Both the position numbers and the translations under genes were made by a program. Positions 36,901-49,229 of a DNA stretch of 64,000 bases are shown piece by piece (within the stretch, counting starts at the first letter, position 1; every line of letters begins with the position of its first letter). Where the stretch lies: positions 438,679 through 502,678 of the forward strand of contig BDGG01000003.1 of the NCBI GenBank assembly GCA_001949185.1, in the 5' to 3' direction. This stretch comes from Ramazzottius varieornatus. Lineage: Eukaryota > Animalia > Tardigrada. The notes beneath the pieces are model-generated. The model saw nothing but the letters and a program-made list of their open reading frames with translations. It was not told the origin of the DNA and did no database searches.

Positions 36901-38662
36901 GAAAACAGTTCCAAAGTCGCTTGCCAGTTCAAAGTTTGCCTGGGTAAAGGACACGTCGATCCGACTTTGGACACTCATGATCGGTAAGCACATTTCACCG
37001 TTGAATTGTTTTCGAATACGGCAAACAAATTCGGCAAGATGGCTTTTCCAAGTGGCGCATGGTCTCACCTAATAACTCGGAAAATGTGCGTCATTTGGGA
37101 GAACAAGTTTTGTCAATTTTTGTTTTCAGAGCTCCTCTTTGTCGATTATTTTGAAAGAACGTTTGAAGTGCTAATGATTTCTTGTTTAGGTTGGCAGATT
37201 GCCCATACAGGAAGCCAACCTGGAGTAAACGTGTTCCTGACCGCTTCCTCCGGGAAGATTCGGTGACACCAAGTTCCTCGGAAAAAGAAAAGGAGGATGC
37301 GGACCGGAAACCCAAGAGGGAAGTCTGCCCCACGCCAGGCTGTGATGGCACTGGCCACATTACCGGCAGATACAACCGGCACCTCTCCGCCATCAACTGC
37401 CCCAACAAGGAAAAGATCCCAGCAGAGGCGCTCAAGATTGAGAAACGCAAGGCTGTCAGCAACAAGCAGCTTCACTCCTTGGATAATAGTCCGCTTCTAA
37501 CGAACGGCAGTCATACAGTGTTTGACTCAGACTTGTATGAGAACGATGATATGGGCATGCCACCCGCGTTGATAATCGATGATGACTTTTCAAACGAATC
37601 AGTGCCGGAAAGCACTCCGAAATCTTTGAAGAGAAAACTGCGATCCGGGAAAAGCAAAAGGTACGCATTTTTACCGTATTGACAGTTCAAATTTGACAAA
37701 ACGAAAACTGATTTGAAATGATTGGTACCAGATCGTTTGCCCAAGTGGCGCACATTTCGCGCAGATATTAATAACAATGGAAAAACAAGCGCCACTTGAG
37801 ACAACAGTCTGGTCCGATTTATTTCCTCACGTCCTCTTTAGTGGAAGTGTAAAGTGGCTTATTTTTGATCTCTTTGCAGACCGGAATATAATTTCTCTGA
37901 TAGTCTTCTGGATCACGATCTGAAGATTCCCAAGTTGGACGGCTGGTCCGACCCAGAAGCTTCCTCTGAAGCCATCCGTTCAGAAATCTCTTCCCTGGCC
38001 CTGGTAATCACGAATGAGCTTTTGGACCAACGGTCAACTCAACCCAATACCGAGCTGCTGGACCGAATGCGGAAGACCCTCTGGCCCAGGAAAAGACCTG
38101 ACGTCTTCCGAGAGAGCAAAGCCACGGCGCTCGAAGTAGCCGAAGTCTTCGATGTCCATATCGAAGGCATACCCGAGTCGACTTGTGCGGAAGTGCAGAG
38201 TTTGGCGGAGAAACTGTTCGGCGCTGAGCATCCGACCATTGAAATACTCCGTCAACAGGTAAAGTATGTCAACTGTGTTTTGCTGATTGATTGTTGACTG
38301 GTCGATGCAAAGTAATCGAGGCGGACTGCCGCGCCCGGAATCGTATGTTGTACGTCACGCTTTTCTGCTGGAGTATACAGTGGCTCTCTGACGTGCGTGC
38401 TGGTTGGCATTTGCTCAGTCTAACTAGCTCGATTGGCCGGGCTTCCATTTTCGATGGAAGACTGGAAGTGGGTGGGTTTCGTCTGTTTTTGATTAGTCCA
38501 ATGTCTGTTTTACAGGAAGTAGACGGCCAAGGCTTGATTTTACTGGACCTGGAAGGATTTCTCAAGTACCTGAAGCTTCCAATCGGTGCTGCAGTAACGC
38601 TGGACAGTCTTGTGAAACTGGCGAGGGAAAGCCGCAATCTTCCACCGCCTAAACTTCTCTGA
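33947..38662 (+). CDS. L3MBTL: Lethal(3)malignant brain tumor-like MBT/C2HC/SAM chromatin reader
   Basis: Three MBT repeats ([35 protein letters not shown] with FDGW), C2HC fingers ([12 protein letters not shown]...CP), and a C-terminal SAM domain ([20 protein letters not shown]). Confidence 0.92.
35541..37815. repeat. Cluster of five CAAGTGGCGCA-N27-TGCGCCACTTG intronic inverted-pair units
   Basis: Units at 35556, 35615, 36409, 37049 and 37742 (the last with a 35-nt spacer); further copies at 13399 and 59295. Confidence 0.8.
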
Positions 38663-38929
38663 TGAATCTTTTTTTCCCTTTTACATACTTGTGTCATTGT
38701 AACTTGTAAAGTTGAGTTTTTTGTTGACTGTTGATAATCACTGGAATTTCCAAAGTGTTTTGTGATAACAAATTGTTAACTGGTTGCTCATTGTCCTTAG
38801 TTCAGTTACTTCAGATTGATGACCGGCTACACTACTTCTTTTCGGATGAACCTTGTTTGGTAGTACAGTTATACCGCGGGCTGACCCTCAGGGATTTGGC
38901 TTCAGGTTGATGGTTGAAAGCGCACGAAA

Positions 38930-39662
38930 ATGTTTTAAAAGCTGCGCTGGACGGTGGACGTGGACAGTGGACAGCTGCACTGGACAATTCAGCTTAAAAT
39001 TGCGTAATATTGACAACGGAAACAGGAGAAACTCAGTGGACATGGAATGAAGAACCGATAAGACCTTACTTTCGCAGGATACCATTAAAATTTTCAGAAC
39101 GGGACACATGTGTAAGCTTGGAAAAAGTTGGAATTATCTGAGCGCCGAACAACGGTTTTCAGCCAAGAGCGTGAACGTGTTTTCTGGCGTTGAAGCCATT
39201 CCCAAATTATTTTTCGTGCATTACCTGACAATTGTTCGATACCTAAATTGATGAGTAGAACTTTTGGCTTTGTGAAATAACCCACGGAGGATGTTTTAGG
39301 TGCAATTGGAAGGCATAAAATTTCTTCCGTCCCGGCGATATTTTTTCCGATTTATTGAAAGAGTGTGAGGTGTGCCGTTTATTTCGACAGATCTTGGCTG
39401 AGAACCTTTGTTCTGGGATCAGAAATTTTCCGGCTTCTGACGTACTTACACATGCGACGCTTTCCCAAGATCTTCAGATAGATCCTGCAGAAGCAACGTC
39501 TTACTGGTTCTTCATTCCATGTCACCGAGTTTCTCCTGCTTCCGTCGTCGATATTACGCAACTTTAAGCTGAATTGGTCAGTCCAGCTGTCCAGTATACT
39601 TGTCCAACGGGCGCTTGTCCATTGTCCACGTCCAGCGTCCAGTCCAGCTTTTACAACATGCC
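38930..39662. mobile_element. Long-TIR element with TGGAC subrepeats, copy 1
   Basis: ~200-bp arms (aaaagctg..ctggac..gacaattcagcttaaaattgcgtaatat..ggaatgaagaacc) inverted at 39420-39662; homologous to 48484-49229. Confidence 0.8.
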
Positions 39663-40183
39663 CTCGGTAAGTATCCAATTAGGCTGGCACGATTGAGTGA
39701 GCGTCCGTGAATGACCACTCTCCGCACCGCAACCGGCACGTCATCTTAATAAAACGTACGAGGGAGACATTATTGAGCTAGCCGACTGTAGGAACGGTTG
39801 TTGAGTTTGTCACCAGTTATAGGCGTTCAAAAGGTCTACTCGCGGCAGTCTACGCTTAACTCAACAACCGCTCCCTCGTACATAATTATGAAGCACATTG
39901 CCGCCAGCGTCATTCGACCTTTATCATCAATCTTTCCCGCTGTTTCGGGAAAGATTCGCGCTAGGGTAAAAAACGTAGCGTACTGTTGATTAGTTCAGAG
40001 AAGTGCTGCTTGTTTCTTCGATGCGAAAGCGCCTAGCACGCGAAGGATCGGCAGTACGACGTGTCGGAATCTCGAGGTCAGTGTGTGGCTGTTCTGCTCT
40101 GTCAAAGAGGAGTCAATCCAGTTGGATCTTGGTGCACGTGGATGCTGGTTTAAGTTCACGTTGGCTAAATCAGGTCAGCAGAA

Positions 40184-40682
40184 TAAGGTTGTGTATTCTT
40201 AATTCCGTTCCTTTCCAGGAATTCCGCTCCGTTGAATGAGTAGAGATTTGGAACGATGGAATTCCTGTTTTAGAAAACTGGCGAAGTCTGGAAATTTAGT
40301 AGGAATTCTGGGAGGAATTCCGCTGTTTTCCATATTCTGTGAATAAATTTAGCGTCTTACTTCATCAAAGGTCTGTATAAGCCCCAGAAAGGTATGCTCC
40401 ATGGGACGCACTGTCAATTTCTGTTGCGTGGCTCTAAAATTTAGTGTTGAAAAGGGAAATTTTGAGCTGGAGAGGGTTCTTCCACATCGTCCAAGCATTA
40501 TTCGCGTAACAAGAGTTCATCTTGATCGAATTTCACCCCGAAAAACACGTTTTGCCCAGTGTTTCAGAATTCCTAACTCTGATCAAAGAATTCTGGAAAA
40601 GGAAAATGGAAATATAGGAATATGAGGAATTCCTGTCCTGTTTTCCAATCCTGAAGGGTTTGGCATGAAATGCACAACCTTA
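40184..40682. mobile_element. hAT-type MITE
   Basis: TIR TAAGGTTGTG(T/C)ATT; perfect 8-bp TSD cagcagaa (40176-40183, 40683-40690); internal gaattcc subrepeats. Confidence 0.85.
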
Positions 40683-41811
40683 CAGCAGAATAGTGGCTGT
40701 CTTAATGGCTTACAACGTACGCGCTCATCGTCCCACTGATACCTTGACTTCCGGTCCATACTAGCCAATTCTACAGGTTGATTCTAATTCTTTGGCTCGT
40801 TTTTTAACCTTACGGAAAAATCATCAGCTATCTCCTCGCTTCCAGAGTTGATCCTTAGGTGGCTTTAGTATCAAACAAAGAGTCTTAGAAATTTCATAGA
40901 GATCGCGTGAATCTCAAAAACATACACGAGAATGTCTAAACTGCCCGAAAATAGCGGTTTTGGTACACCACATTTTTGCAGTCGAAATCAGTTTGCTTCT
41001 AAACAAAAGTTTTTAAAAAAAATTCTGTTGGTTCTATGTGACTCACAAATCTGTTGGCCTTGGGAAGACAAATTGTTCTTCTGCGATGTCCTTCCGTGTT
41101 CGGACTAGAGTGGATTTGACCAAGCTTTGGTCGGACCAATTGGCCAATTTTCGGTTGACCTTCTAGTCACTATTTTTTACCAATGACCAAACTCTCCCGT
41201 GTTAATTAGACCATTGGTCAAAAAAATGACCAAAATGTCAACCAAAAAGTACGAGTACCAAAATAAATGTGAACTTTTGGTCGAGAAATGACGGGTTTGT
41301 TTTTGACATCAACTGGGACTTCCAGGGAGTTTTGCTCAAAACAGGTACACACAATCGGTAGCGTAGAAAGTGACCTTAAGTATCAGATAAGCGATGGAAA
41401 ATGAGATTGGACGAGATGGAGTTTCGCTACCGGAAGCCGAAGAAGGCTGATGGGTGTTTTCCGGGTGGTTCGTTTTTGTATGTTTCTGGTATATGATTAA
41501 CCCCTACAAAACTTTCCAGGATCGTATCCGGTGCAGGAACCACCTAGTAAATAAATCCGGAAGCAAGGAAATGAGGGCCTGTTTTACTATAAGATTTGAA
41601 AAATGATCCAGAGAATTAGAATTTTCCTGTACTCATTCTGCGGTGAGTTTCTCCGACAAAACGACCAGTACAGCGAAAGCCAGAGAATTTGAACAGCATG
41701 GGCAACTTTCGCATACGAGTATACGTTTGGCGCTAATACGGAACGGATTAAGCCGCAGTCAACTTTCCTGTGCACTCATCGGACTTTCGGAATAACGCAA
41801 CACCTTCAGCG

Positions 41812-42023
41812 TAGACTTGAGTTGACCAAAGTTAAGCTAAAGCCAATGGCTACTTTCAGAGTACACCTGTACCCAATGATAGTTCTTCTAGTGAAGTAGC
41901 CAATTGGCTACTTTGTCGGCCGAAACAGTAGCTAAAAGGTCACATTGGCTACTTCGGAGGTACGAGGGAGAGGTTATTAAGTTAGCCATTGGCTCTAGCC
42001 AAACTTTGGCTAAGTCAAGTCTA
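41812..42023. mobile_element. hAT-type MITE immediately upstream of the GPCR ATG
   Basis: ~40-bp imperfect TIR TAGACTTGA..CCAAAGTT..GCTA.AGCCAATGGCTA; flanks cttcagcg/cttcggca (6/8). Confidence 0.75.
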
Positions 42024-42046
42024 CTTCGGCATAGCAGAAACACGTC

Positions 42047-44902
42047 ATGAACAACTCCACGTGCGCGGAACTGACTACGCAACCTCTGTGCCTTCCTCCG
42101 ATCGTTTACGCTACTATAACGAGTATAATCGGAATCTTATCCATCGTAGCTGAAACAGTCAACGTTGGTATTTTTCTTACACTTTTACTGCGACCTGCAC
42201 TCATAAGTCCCTTCATCATCCATATTGTGAATACGATTACCATCAATACTATTCTGCTGCCCGGTTTCATTTCCTTAGCTTTACCGAGGCCTTTATTCCA
42301 ATGGCTAGTCAACAAGAGTCCCGCGGTTTGTTCTGCTACAATGTACTTCACGTGGGGCATTGCGTGTCTGAACCCGCTGCCAGCCTGCGTAATCTGTTCA
42401 GACCGCTGGCTAGCATACCTGTTCCCCGTGATGTACCGAACAAGGACTAAATATTTTGGGATTACTGCTACACCTTTTGCGGTGATATATTTTCAGTTAT
42501 GGTATTTGCCACTCAACATTCTGAATTTTATGATGACCGACGAAGATCGATGCAAATTCGGCTGCAATGCCACACTGTATATGAAATACAGAGCGATCAT
42601 GATGTATGCAGTCATGTGGTTGCCGGAGTCGCTCCTTTACGGGAGTTTCCCAATCTTGTTATTTGTGGTCTGGAGGCGACGTCGAAATCGCTTGAACAAC
42701 AGGCCAGTCGTCACCCACACCACCCAAGAAAACCATGTTAAGTTGAGCGAAAACGATGCGAGGAACCGACGTGAGCAGTGTTGACCCGATCATTACAATC
42801 GATAATTGAAAATGGCCAGAAAACGACCGTTTTTGAATTCCAATATGACAATGGAAATTGAGAATCCCAGGCTGGACAATGCCAATGTTAATAAGAATTG
42901 TATTAGAATTTCGAGAACGGAAGAAATTATAATTGGTAATTGAACTGAAGTATGTGGCTGATCAAATTACTGAATTTGCGCCCTTCAGCGCGGTAAAACG
43001 CACATGGGTGTACCAAGTATAGGAATTTCTGGGTGTCTCTAGCGCTTGATTGGGCGAACATGTATGCGTTTGCGTACGTCGCGTGACTGAAAAAGGCACG
43101 AGGCTCACAGTTTTGTTTCTGCGAACACGCGCGGTGCATCGATATACGCGCCAAGTTTAACCCCGGTCCAGATGTGTTTCCCAGCCAATCCCCTAAGGAA
43201 TGTTTCGCATGCATGACGACGTATGTACGCGTAAGGCCTCAGGAAGCATTACAATATCTGCTTACCTGCTTACCTGCAATACTTGCAAGCGCGCGCCGGT
43301 CAGTACTTTCGTCTCCCAATGGGAGACGATATTTTCTGGCAGACAATGTTAAAAAGGGGTCTGGGAGACGAGATTTTCTGGACCTTGGGAGACGAAAAGT
43401 CAGCTAAGGGTCCCGTCAGGAGGGAAGACGGTTTCAAGACGGCTGTTTGTTGGAGCTGTCATAACAGGCGCGAAAAAGCACAGAAAACATTGGGGACGCT
43501 GCGCCAAGCCAAATGGGCGGGTTGACCCCATGCGTGCACAGTGAATATCTAGTACACACCTTAGCATGGCGCAGGTAGCCATAATTAATTTAGGGGAAAA
43601 TGCGCCAGTCAAGTGGGTCGCGGAGCAGTGCGTTACTAGACGTAATATTAGGCGAAGCCGGATGCGCACTCACGTTCACACGACCAATTGGACGATTGCG
43701 TATACAGTTTTGACAACACAGGCGGGCCCAGCCCACTGCAATCACCGTTTCCATAACCCCCCATAATGTGGAAACGCGCGCCGGAAAGAACACAGAGAAC
43801 ACACCGCATCGCCGCCGCCGCTACCAACGAGCAGCTTTGTCCACTATCATCCCATCACCTTTGCTCTTCTTGTTCTTTCCGCTGCTTGTAGTTTTGGCTG
43901 GGCTGCTCGTGTGGCAGCGACGAAAAGCGACATGCTGGTGGGATGAGGCCCCGAATGGCAAAGAGTTCGGAGAACTCCGACGACACGCTGCTCGGGTCTT
44001 TCGCTTTGCGTCGGCGCATCACCCGCTAGTTTCTTTCCGTGCCTTCTCTCGCCCTTGTGATGGTGTTTTTGTTATTTTTATCGTGTGTGCAACACACAAT
44101 ATAAAAGTAACAAAACATCGCCATTTTCCCCTATAATTCCCGAAAAAAGTTAATCCCTTGGGGGTTAACTTCCCCCGTAGCGGGATGATCAAGAGCTGAT
44201 CTTAACTTTCTAAAACGGTCAAGTTGACCCGTCTCGCGAACTAAGAACTATGGCCGTAAAAGAATCCATAAAAAATGTTGGATGGGTTGGCCAGGAGGCT
44301 AAAAGTACCACCAATCGGTAGATGAAACAGAGCTTAAACAACCAACATCCATTCCACGCCTATGGAACGATAAGCTAAAGTCGGTTTGAGGCACGATATT
44401 TCGGGAATATTCAGGTCACAAAAATGAACCACAACAACTTAAATAATTCAATTGCTGTTTCGAGCTGAATTCCGATTAATTGGAATTGCTAATTCAGCTG
44501 AGTTGAGTCTCAGATAATTGAAATTGCTGCCGCCCGAAGTATTTCGATTAATCGCAATTGCAATTAGAATCGAAAACGTCATATTGGAGCAACACTGGAC
44601 GAGAGCACGATCAACGTCAAAGCAGGATCAAGCAGAGAGGGCGGGAAGAGAAGGTGATCACTTCAGTAGTGATTGTTCAGTTCAGCTTGAAGCTGTCAGG
44701 GGTACTGGCTACGTTTGTGCCCACGTTTTTAGAGACACTTACGTAACTAACACACTTTCTCATCTGTACCTGAGATTCATCTTACCTGACAAACTACTAT
44801 TTCGCCCTGATTTACATTATTGAGCCGTTCGTTTTTGTAAAAATGCTTCCCGGTTTACGCAGTGCGTTTCTTGACATTTTTTGTCGCCGAATTCCACCAT
44901 GA
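42047..44902 (+). pseudogene. Single-exon class A GPCR split by a TE insertion
   Basis: TM1-TM5 with SDRW at 42047-42775. After the insertion the same frame resumes at 44606 with ICL3, TM6 (KVITSVVIVQF..), two stops, TM7 (IYIIEPFVF) and helix 8 (LRSAFLDIFCRR). Confidence 0.85.
42776..44597. mobile_element. hAT-type insertion with nested repeats
   Basis: Termini CAGTGTTG...CAACACTG; flanks gacgtgag/gacgagag (7/8 TSD); aattg-rich subtermini; contains an arm of the long-TIR family at 44169-44336. Confidence 0.85.
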
Positions 44903-44955
44903 GAAAGATGTTACCGCATTTCCGTTAGGCTTTATCAATAGAGATTTGCTGCCTA

Positions 44956-45118
44956 CAGTGTACGACAAAACAAACCGTTAAAAATGGGTGTTGGATGGAA
45001 CCAGATGGATGAAGCCAACGAAATTTGCAGCAAAATATAATTCTCATTGGCCGAGTCGTAAAAAGTCTCCAACTGCAGTATCAAGCCCATTTTTAACGGT
45101 TAATTTTGTCGTACACTG
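44956..45118. mobile_element. Tc1/mariner-type MITE
   Basis: TA TSD; ~33-bp TIR CAGTGTACGACAAAA..AACCGTTAAAAATGGG. Confidence 0.85.
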
Positions 45119-45950
45119 TACGCTACACCCTGTCTGTGGGCCTACCAGTCGGTTGATTGTGAATAACGATTCAGCAGTGGTATTACCCGGTAATACCTGC
45201 AACAGGTACCGATTTCGGAGTGACGATACTTTACCGAGTACTGAGATCCGATAACGGTACCCTGCGGCAGATATTTCAGATTTTTACCCGGTGTTAACGG
45301 ACATTCAAGCTTGCCGGTGAATACCCGAAGTACAGCAGAACGTTCGAAAGATCAATTTGACACAATCTGCCTCCCCTAGAATTGCGCATGATTTGTGGTG
45401 AAAACGACGAGCGCGTCGTTTCATGAGCATGCCCATGAATACGGGCTGCACCTATGTGTCCACAACATAAGTTAGCCCATGTGCGCGACGTCTAAAGCGC
45501 ACGCCGTATACACAGGCAGTCGGTGCACTGACGGCCTGTCAGTATCTGACTTCAGGTTTTCGTTGTTGTTTGCTCTTTGAACCATTCCGCTTATCTTTTT
45601 CTCATTTGCTGAACATGTTCTGTTGTAGAGATGCCTGTCATTATTGAGATTGTAGAACTAGGTGATGCAGAGCAGAACGAGAGTGGAGGAAACGCAAGGC
45701 ACGACGGAGCTACATTTCTGCACGGAAATTTAGCGTATGTTCCAGTTTCGCAGTTTAATGAGTTTACTGTAATTGGGTAACAGTTGTGAAGTATAGCGAT
45801 TTAGGTTTTGACGGTGCTCCCAGTACCTTCAGTTACTCATTTTGATCTGTACTTTCCCGGAGGTAATAACGGTACATTTGGAGGAATACCGATACTTTAA
45901 CTGCAAGGGCAGCCGAAATACTTTACTTTACCGAGTATCGAAACCCAATA

Positions 45951-47670
45951 CTTTAAAGTGCCGATCATCTCGCGGACGTTTCGGACCCGGTTAGCATTTG
46001 CGTGTACCGGGTGTAGGTTAGCGGGTCACTGTACAGCTGATGTACGGTAATGCATGTACCGCGCAATTTCTCAAAGCTCTTCTTTTCTGTCACCGACTTC
46101 TGATTAGTGAATAGTAATCACCTCTAACTGTACGTGAGATACTTCATACTTATTACGAGAATGAGACGACCGCAGAACCGCTATTGTGCGGACGAGAAAT
46201 AACGGCTAGCCGATGAGTATCACATAGAGAAAAGTCTCAAGGAAATATCCATTCGTCAATCTGCATTCCTGAAAAATATCCCAGAGACTACGTTACACAG
46301 TTGGCTCAAGAAGTAAGCATGATCCCAACCTCATCAACTTGTAAATTTTGCTCCAATACTGCATCGAGTAAACCTTAAATCTGAAACGTATGAATAGGAA
46401 ACGTCTTGTGTACCGGAGAATCACAAAAATCGGACGCAAGATGTCTTTCACAGCATACGATATCGTAAGCAGGAAAACCCTTGTTTCTATGTTTGTTGGT
46501 GTTTATGTTCGTCCTGTACGGCTTACCAAAGTGCCTCCATTCTGCGCTATGGTACACCATCGTCTCAAAGACGTATGTTCCGTGGTAATTGAAACCATGC
46601 TGTTTTCAGATAACTCACGAGAATTTCTTCCTGTTGATCGAGGAAGGCATCTACGCTCGCCAGACTCCCAAAAATCGTATACCCAACGTGGATCAGACAA
46701 TGATTCGACTAGTGTCGCCGGGGAAGAGAACTGTATCGCCCAAGGGAGTGAATGATGTAAGATCATGTTTGGAGTTTAGTGGAGTCTTGACTAATTTCGA
46801 ATTTTTGATGTTAGAATCGTAGGTGTCTGTCAAGCATCCTCCAGGCGAAAAAGAAGGGTTCACGATCAATCTGACGATCGGTGCTGACGGCAGAAAATTC
46901 CCGGCGGAAATTGTCTTCAAAACTGCGGCTAAGAGTGGCAAGTTGTCTGACAATTTTGTGGGGAAGTTGAAAGCTCCTTCGAATGTCATTATCAAGAGTG
47001 CGTGGAGTGTTTGGTGGAATGAGGATCATGACAGAGAATATATTGAAAGAATGTTTCCCATGAATCAAGAGTTCACGGTGTTAGTGAGAGACAGCCATTC
47101 AGTTCACAAATGTCCGCAGATTTGGGGTATGCTCGATGATCGAAATACAAAACAGATCATCATACCTGGTGGAATGACTGGGAAGTGGCAGCCATTAGAC
47201 GTGAGCGTCAAAAAATGATTTAAAGACTACTTCAAAACTTCGTATCGCTCCTGGCGGAAGAACAACATCGGCTTCACCAAAAGTGGAAATCTGCGAAAGC
47301 CAGGAAAAAAGATTTCGTACAGTTCATCTCTGAGTCGTGGGATAAAGTTTCCGAAGATACCGTGCGAAAATCTTTTTACGCTTCTGAAGTTTTACGACGT
47401 GAAGAATCTCTGCCTAACCAGAGCAACTTTTCCGTAGGAGAGGTTGTTGAAGAGCCGGATAGCGATTTGGACGTAAGTTTGTACAACGAAAGCTCTTTTG
47501 TGGAGTCTGATATTGAAACCGATGCGGTGCAAGTTAATTCCGAAGATATGACGTAGCATACATGGCCTATCTTATTGATTTACAGCTGTACTTGAATTTC
47601 TGTATTTTTCGCCACGCATAAATGTACCACCCGGGTCCGAAACGTCCGCGAGATGATCGGCACTTTAAAG
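45951..47670 (+). mobile_element. pogo-superfamily DNA transposon, full length, decayed
   Basis: TA TSD; perfect 40-bp TIR CTTTAAAGTGCCGATCATCTCGCGGACGTTTCGGACCCGG; internal transposase remnant. Confidence 0.92.
46161..47556 (+). pseudogene. pogo DD35D transposase pseudogene (HTH + DDE_1)
   Basis: HTH-like NIPETTLHSWLKK; NVDQT; VLVRDSHSVH; IPGGMTGKWQPLDVSV (35 residues between the second and third Asp). Multiple stops and frameshifts. Confidence 0.88.
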
Positions 47671-47968
47671 TACCTGTTCACAGTTCAACACTGCGATTCA
47701 GTTTGTGGATCTAAGACATTCGCCATCTCCCATTGGTTTCTCATCGATCACTATTTTATGGATGCTGGCTACAGATTAGCAGGACAAAACTGCGCTCAAA
47801 TATGGCTAGATCCAGTGTGTGCTAGGCAATGGCTCTATACTCAACAGCTGTTAGGGACATTGCTCTAGAGTACATTGATCTATTTTATCTACCTAGCCAG
47901 AGTGGGGTGACCTAGCTACGAACACACATCCACTACCACTCAATTCACCTTCCTGATGGAATCCCTGG

Positions 47969-48081
47969 CTGGAGCCGCCGTCGGTGCAGATTTCGGACGT
48001 ATAAGCCAAGCGAGAACCGCCAGTACTGAAGCGAAGAGGAGGTTATGTGAACAGCAGTTAAACATGGATCAGTCGAATCCT
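47969..48081 (+). pseudogene. Decayed 28S rRNA fragment
   Basis: ctggagccgccgtcggtgcagat...actgaag...atgtgaacagcagtt(a)aacatggatcagtcg..cct resembles, from recall, a conserved LSU rRNA core segment, with deletions. Confidence 0.65.
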
Positions 48082-48483
48082 TACCAAGCAAATCACTACC
48101 AGGCTTTGAGGAGTAAAGCTAGACACCTCAGGTTACCGAAGTACTCCGACCTCCAATCGAAGGCGGCACAGCTTTTCTCGTTCCGCATCCTGATTCAATG
48201 AGGACCATCCAGAAGCTATGGCTTGAGCTGAGAGCCTGAAACGGACAGCGATGGATTCATCCATATTCGAAGAGGCGACAAAAAAGTTGTATCTATCAAG
48301 AAAAATATCGAACCCAAGGCAACAAAACTAGCGCCTATCCCCGATCTATTTTCTTGATGTGTGACGGGAAGAGTACGTGCGACGACTTTGCAAGTTCGAT
48401 ACAAGCTGGTCTAACGGATTACAGGCGCCTCATGTCATCCGAGTGCAAGTGGGATTTGACAGGTGGAGAATGCAAGCATTCTC

Positions 48484-49229
48484 GGCATGTTCAAAAGCCG
48501 GACTGGACGCTTTACGTGGACATTGGACGGACGACCATTGGACGGCTGTATTGGACTGCTGGACTGGACAATTTTGATTAAAACTGCGTGATCAACGCCG
48601 GAAGCAGAGAAAACATCTTCCGAATAAGATCACAATCTGGTAAGACGTAATTTTGACGAGCTACCACTGATATTCAGAAAGTGCGGCACATAAGCTGGGA
48701 AAGGCAAGGAACCCCAAAGCAACGGTGACATTTCAGTGGGGGAACTGCTTAAGACTACCTCATTACAGGTAAGGAGCCATGAACTGCCATCCATGTCATA
48801 CTGAGTGCAACATTGATTCCCTACGGAAGCAAAAATCACCGTAGATTTTACGCCTTTATGATTTTTGACTACTTCTCGAGTGTTCCGTGTATTATATGCG
48901 GTGCTTTGGGATGAGAATAATTGATCCTCTGTCTGTATAGACAATGTTATGCCTGAAATGGTTGGCCGCCAGGTTCTGACAGTTTTGCTCACCAAAACTT
49001 CGCGGAGTATTTTCGGTTTTGCTCGCCTATACTTTCTGAATTTCCATGGTATCTCGCCAAATTTTGTCTTACCAGATTGTGATCTCATACGAAGGATATT
49101 TTCTCTGCTTCTAGCGTTGGTTACGCAATTTTAATCAAAATTGTCTAGTCCAGCAGTCCAGTACACTCGTCCAGCGGTCGTCCGTCCAATGTCCCCGTAC
49201 AGCGTCCAGTCCAGCTTTTAGAACATGCC
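48484..49229. mobile_element. Long-TIR element with TGGAC subrepeats, copy 2
   Basis: ~170-bp inverted arms GGCATGTTC..AAAAGC.GGACTGGACGC...GATCACAATCTGGTAAGAC. Confidence 0.82.

Larger units (their letters stand above)
45175..47693. mobile_element. hAT-type element hosting the pogo insertion
   Basis: CAGTG...CACTG termini; perfect 8-bp TSD cgattcag (45167-45174, 47694-47701). Confidence 0.75.

Noticed and set aside
43157-44168. TTAACCCC...GGGGTTAA as a nested piggyBac
   Set aside because: Only 4 bp of inverted identity beyond TTAA.
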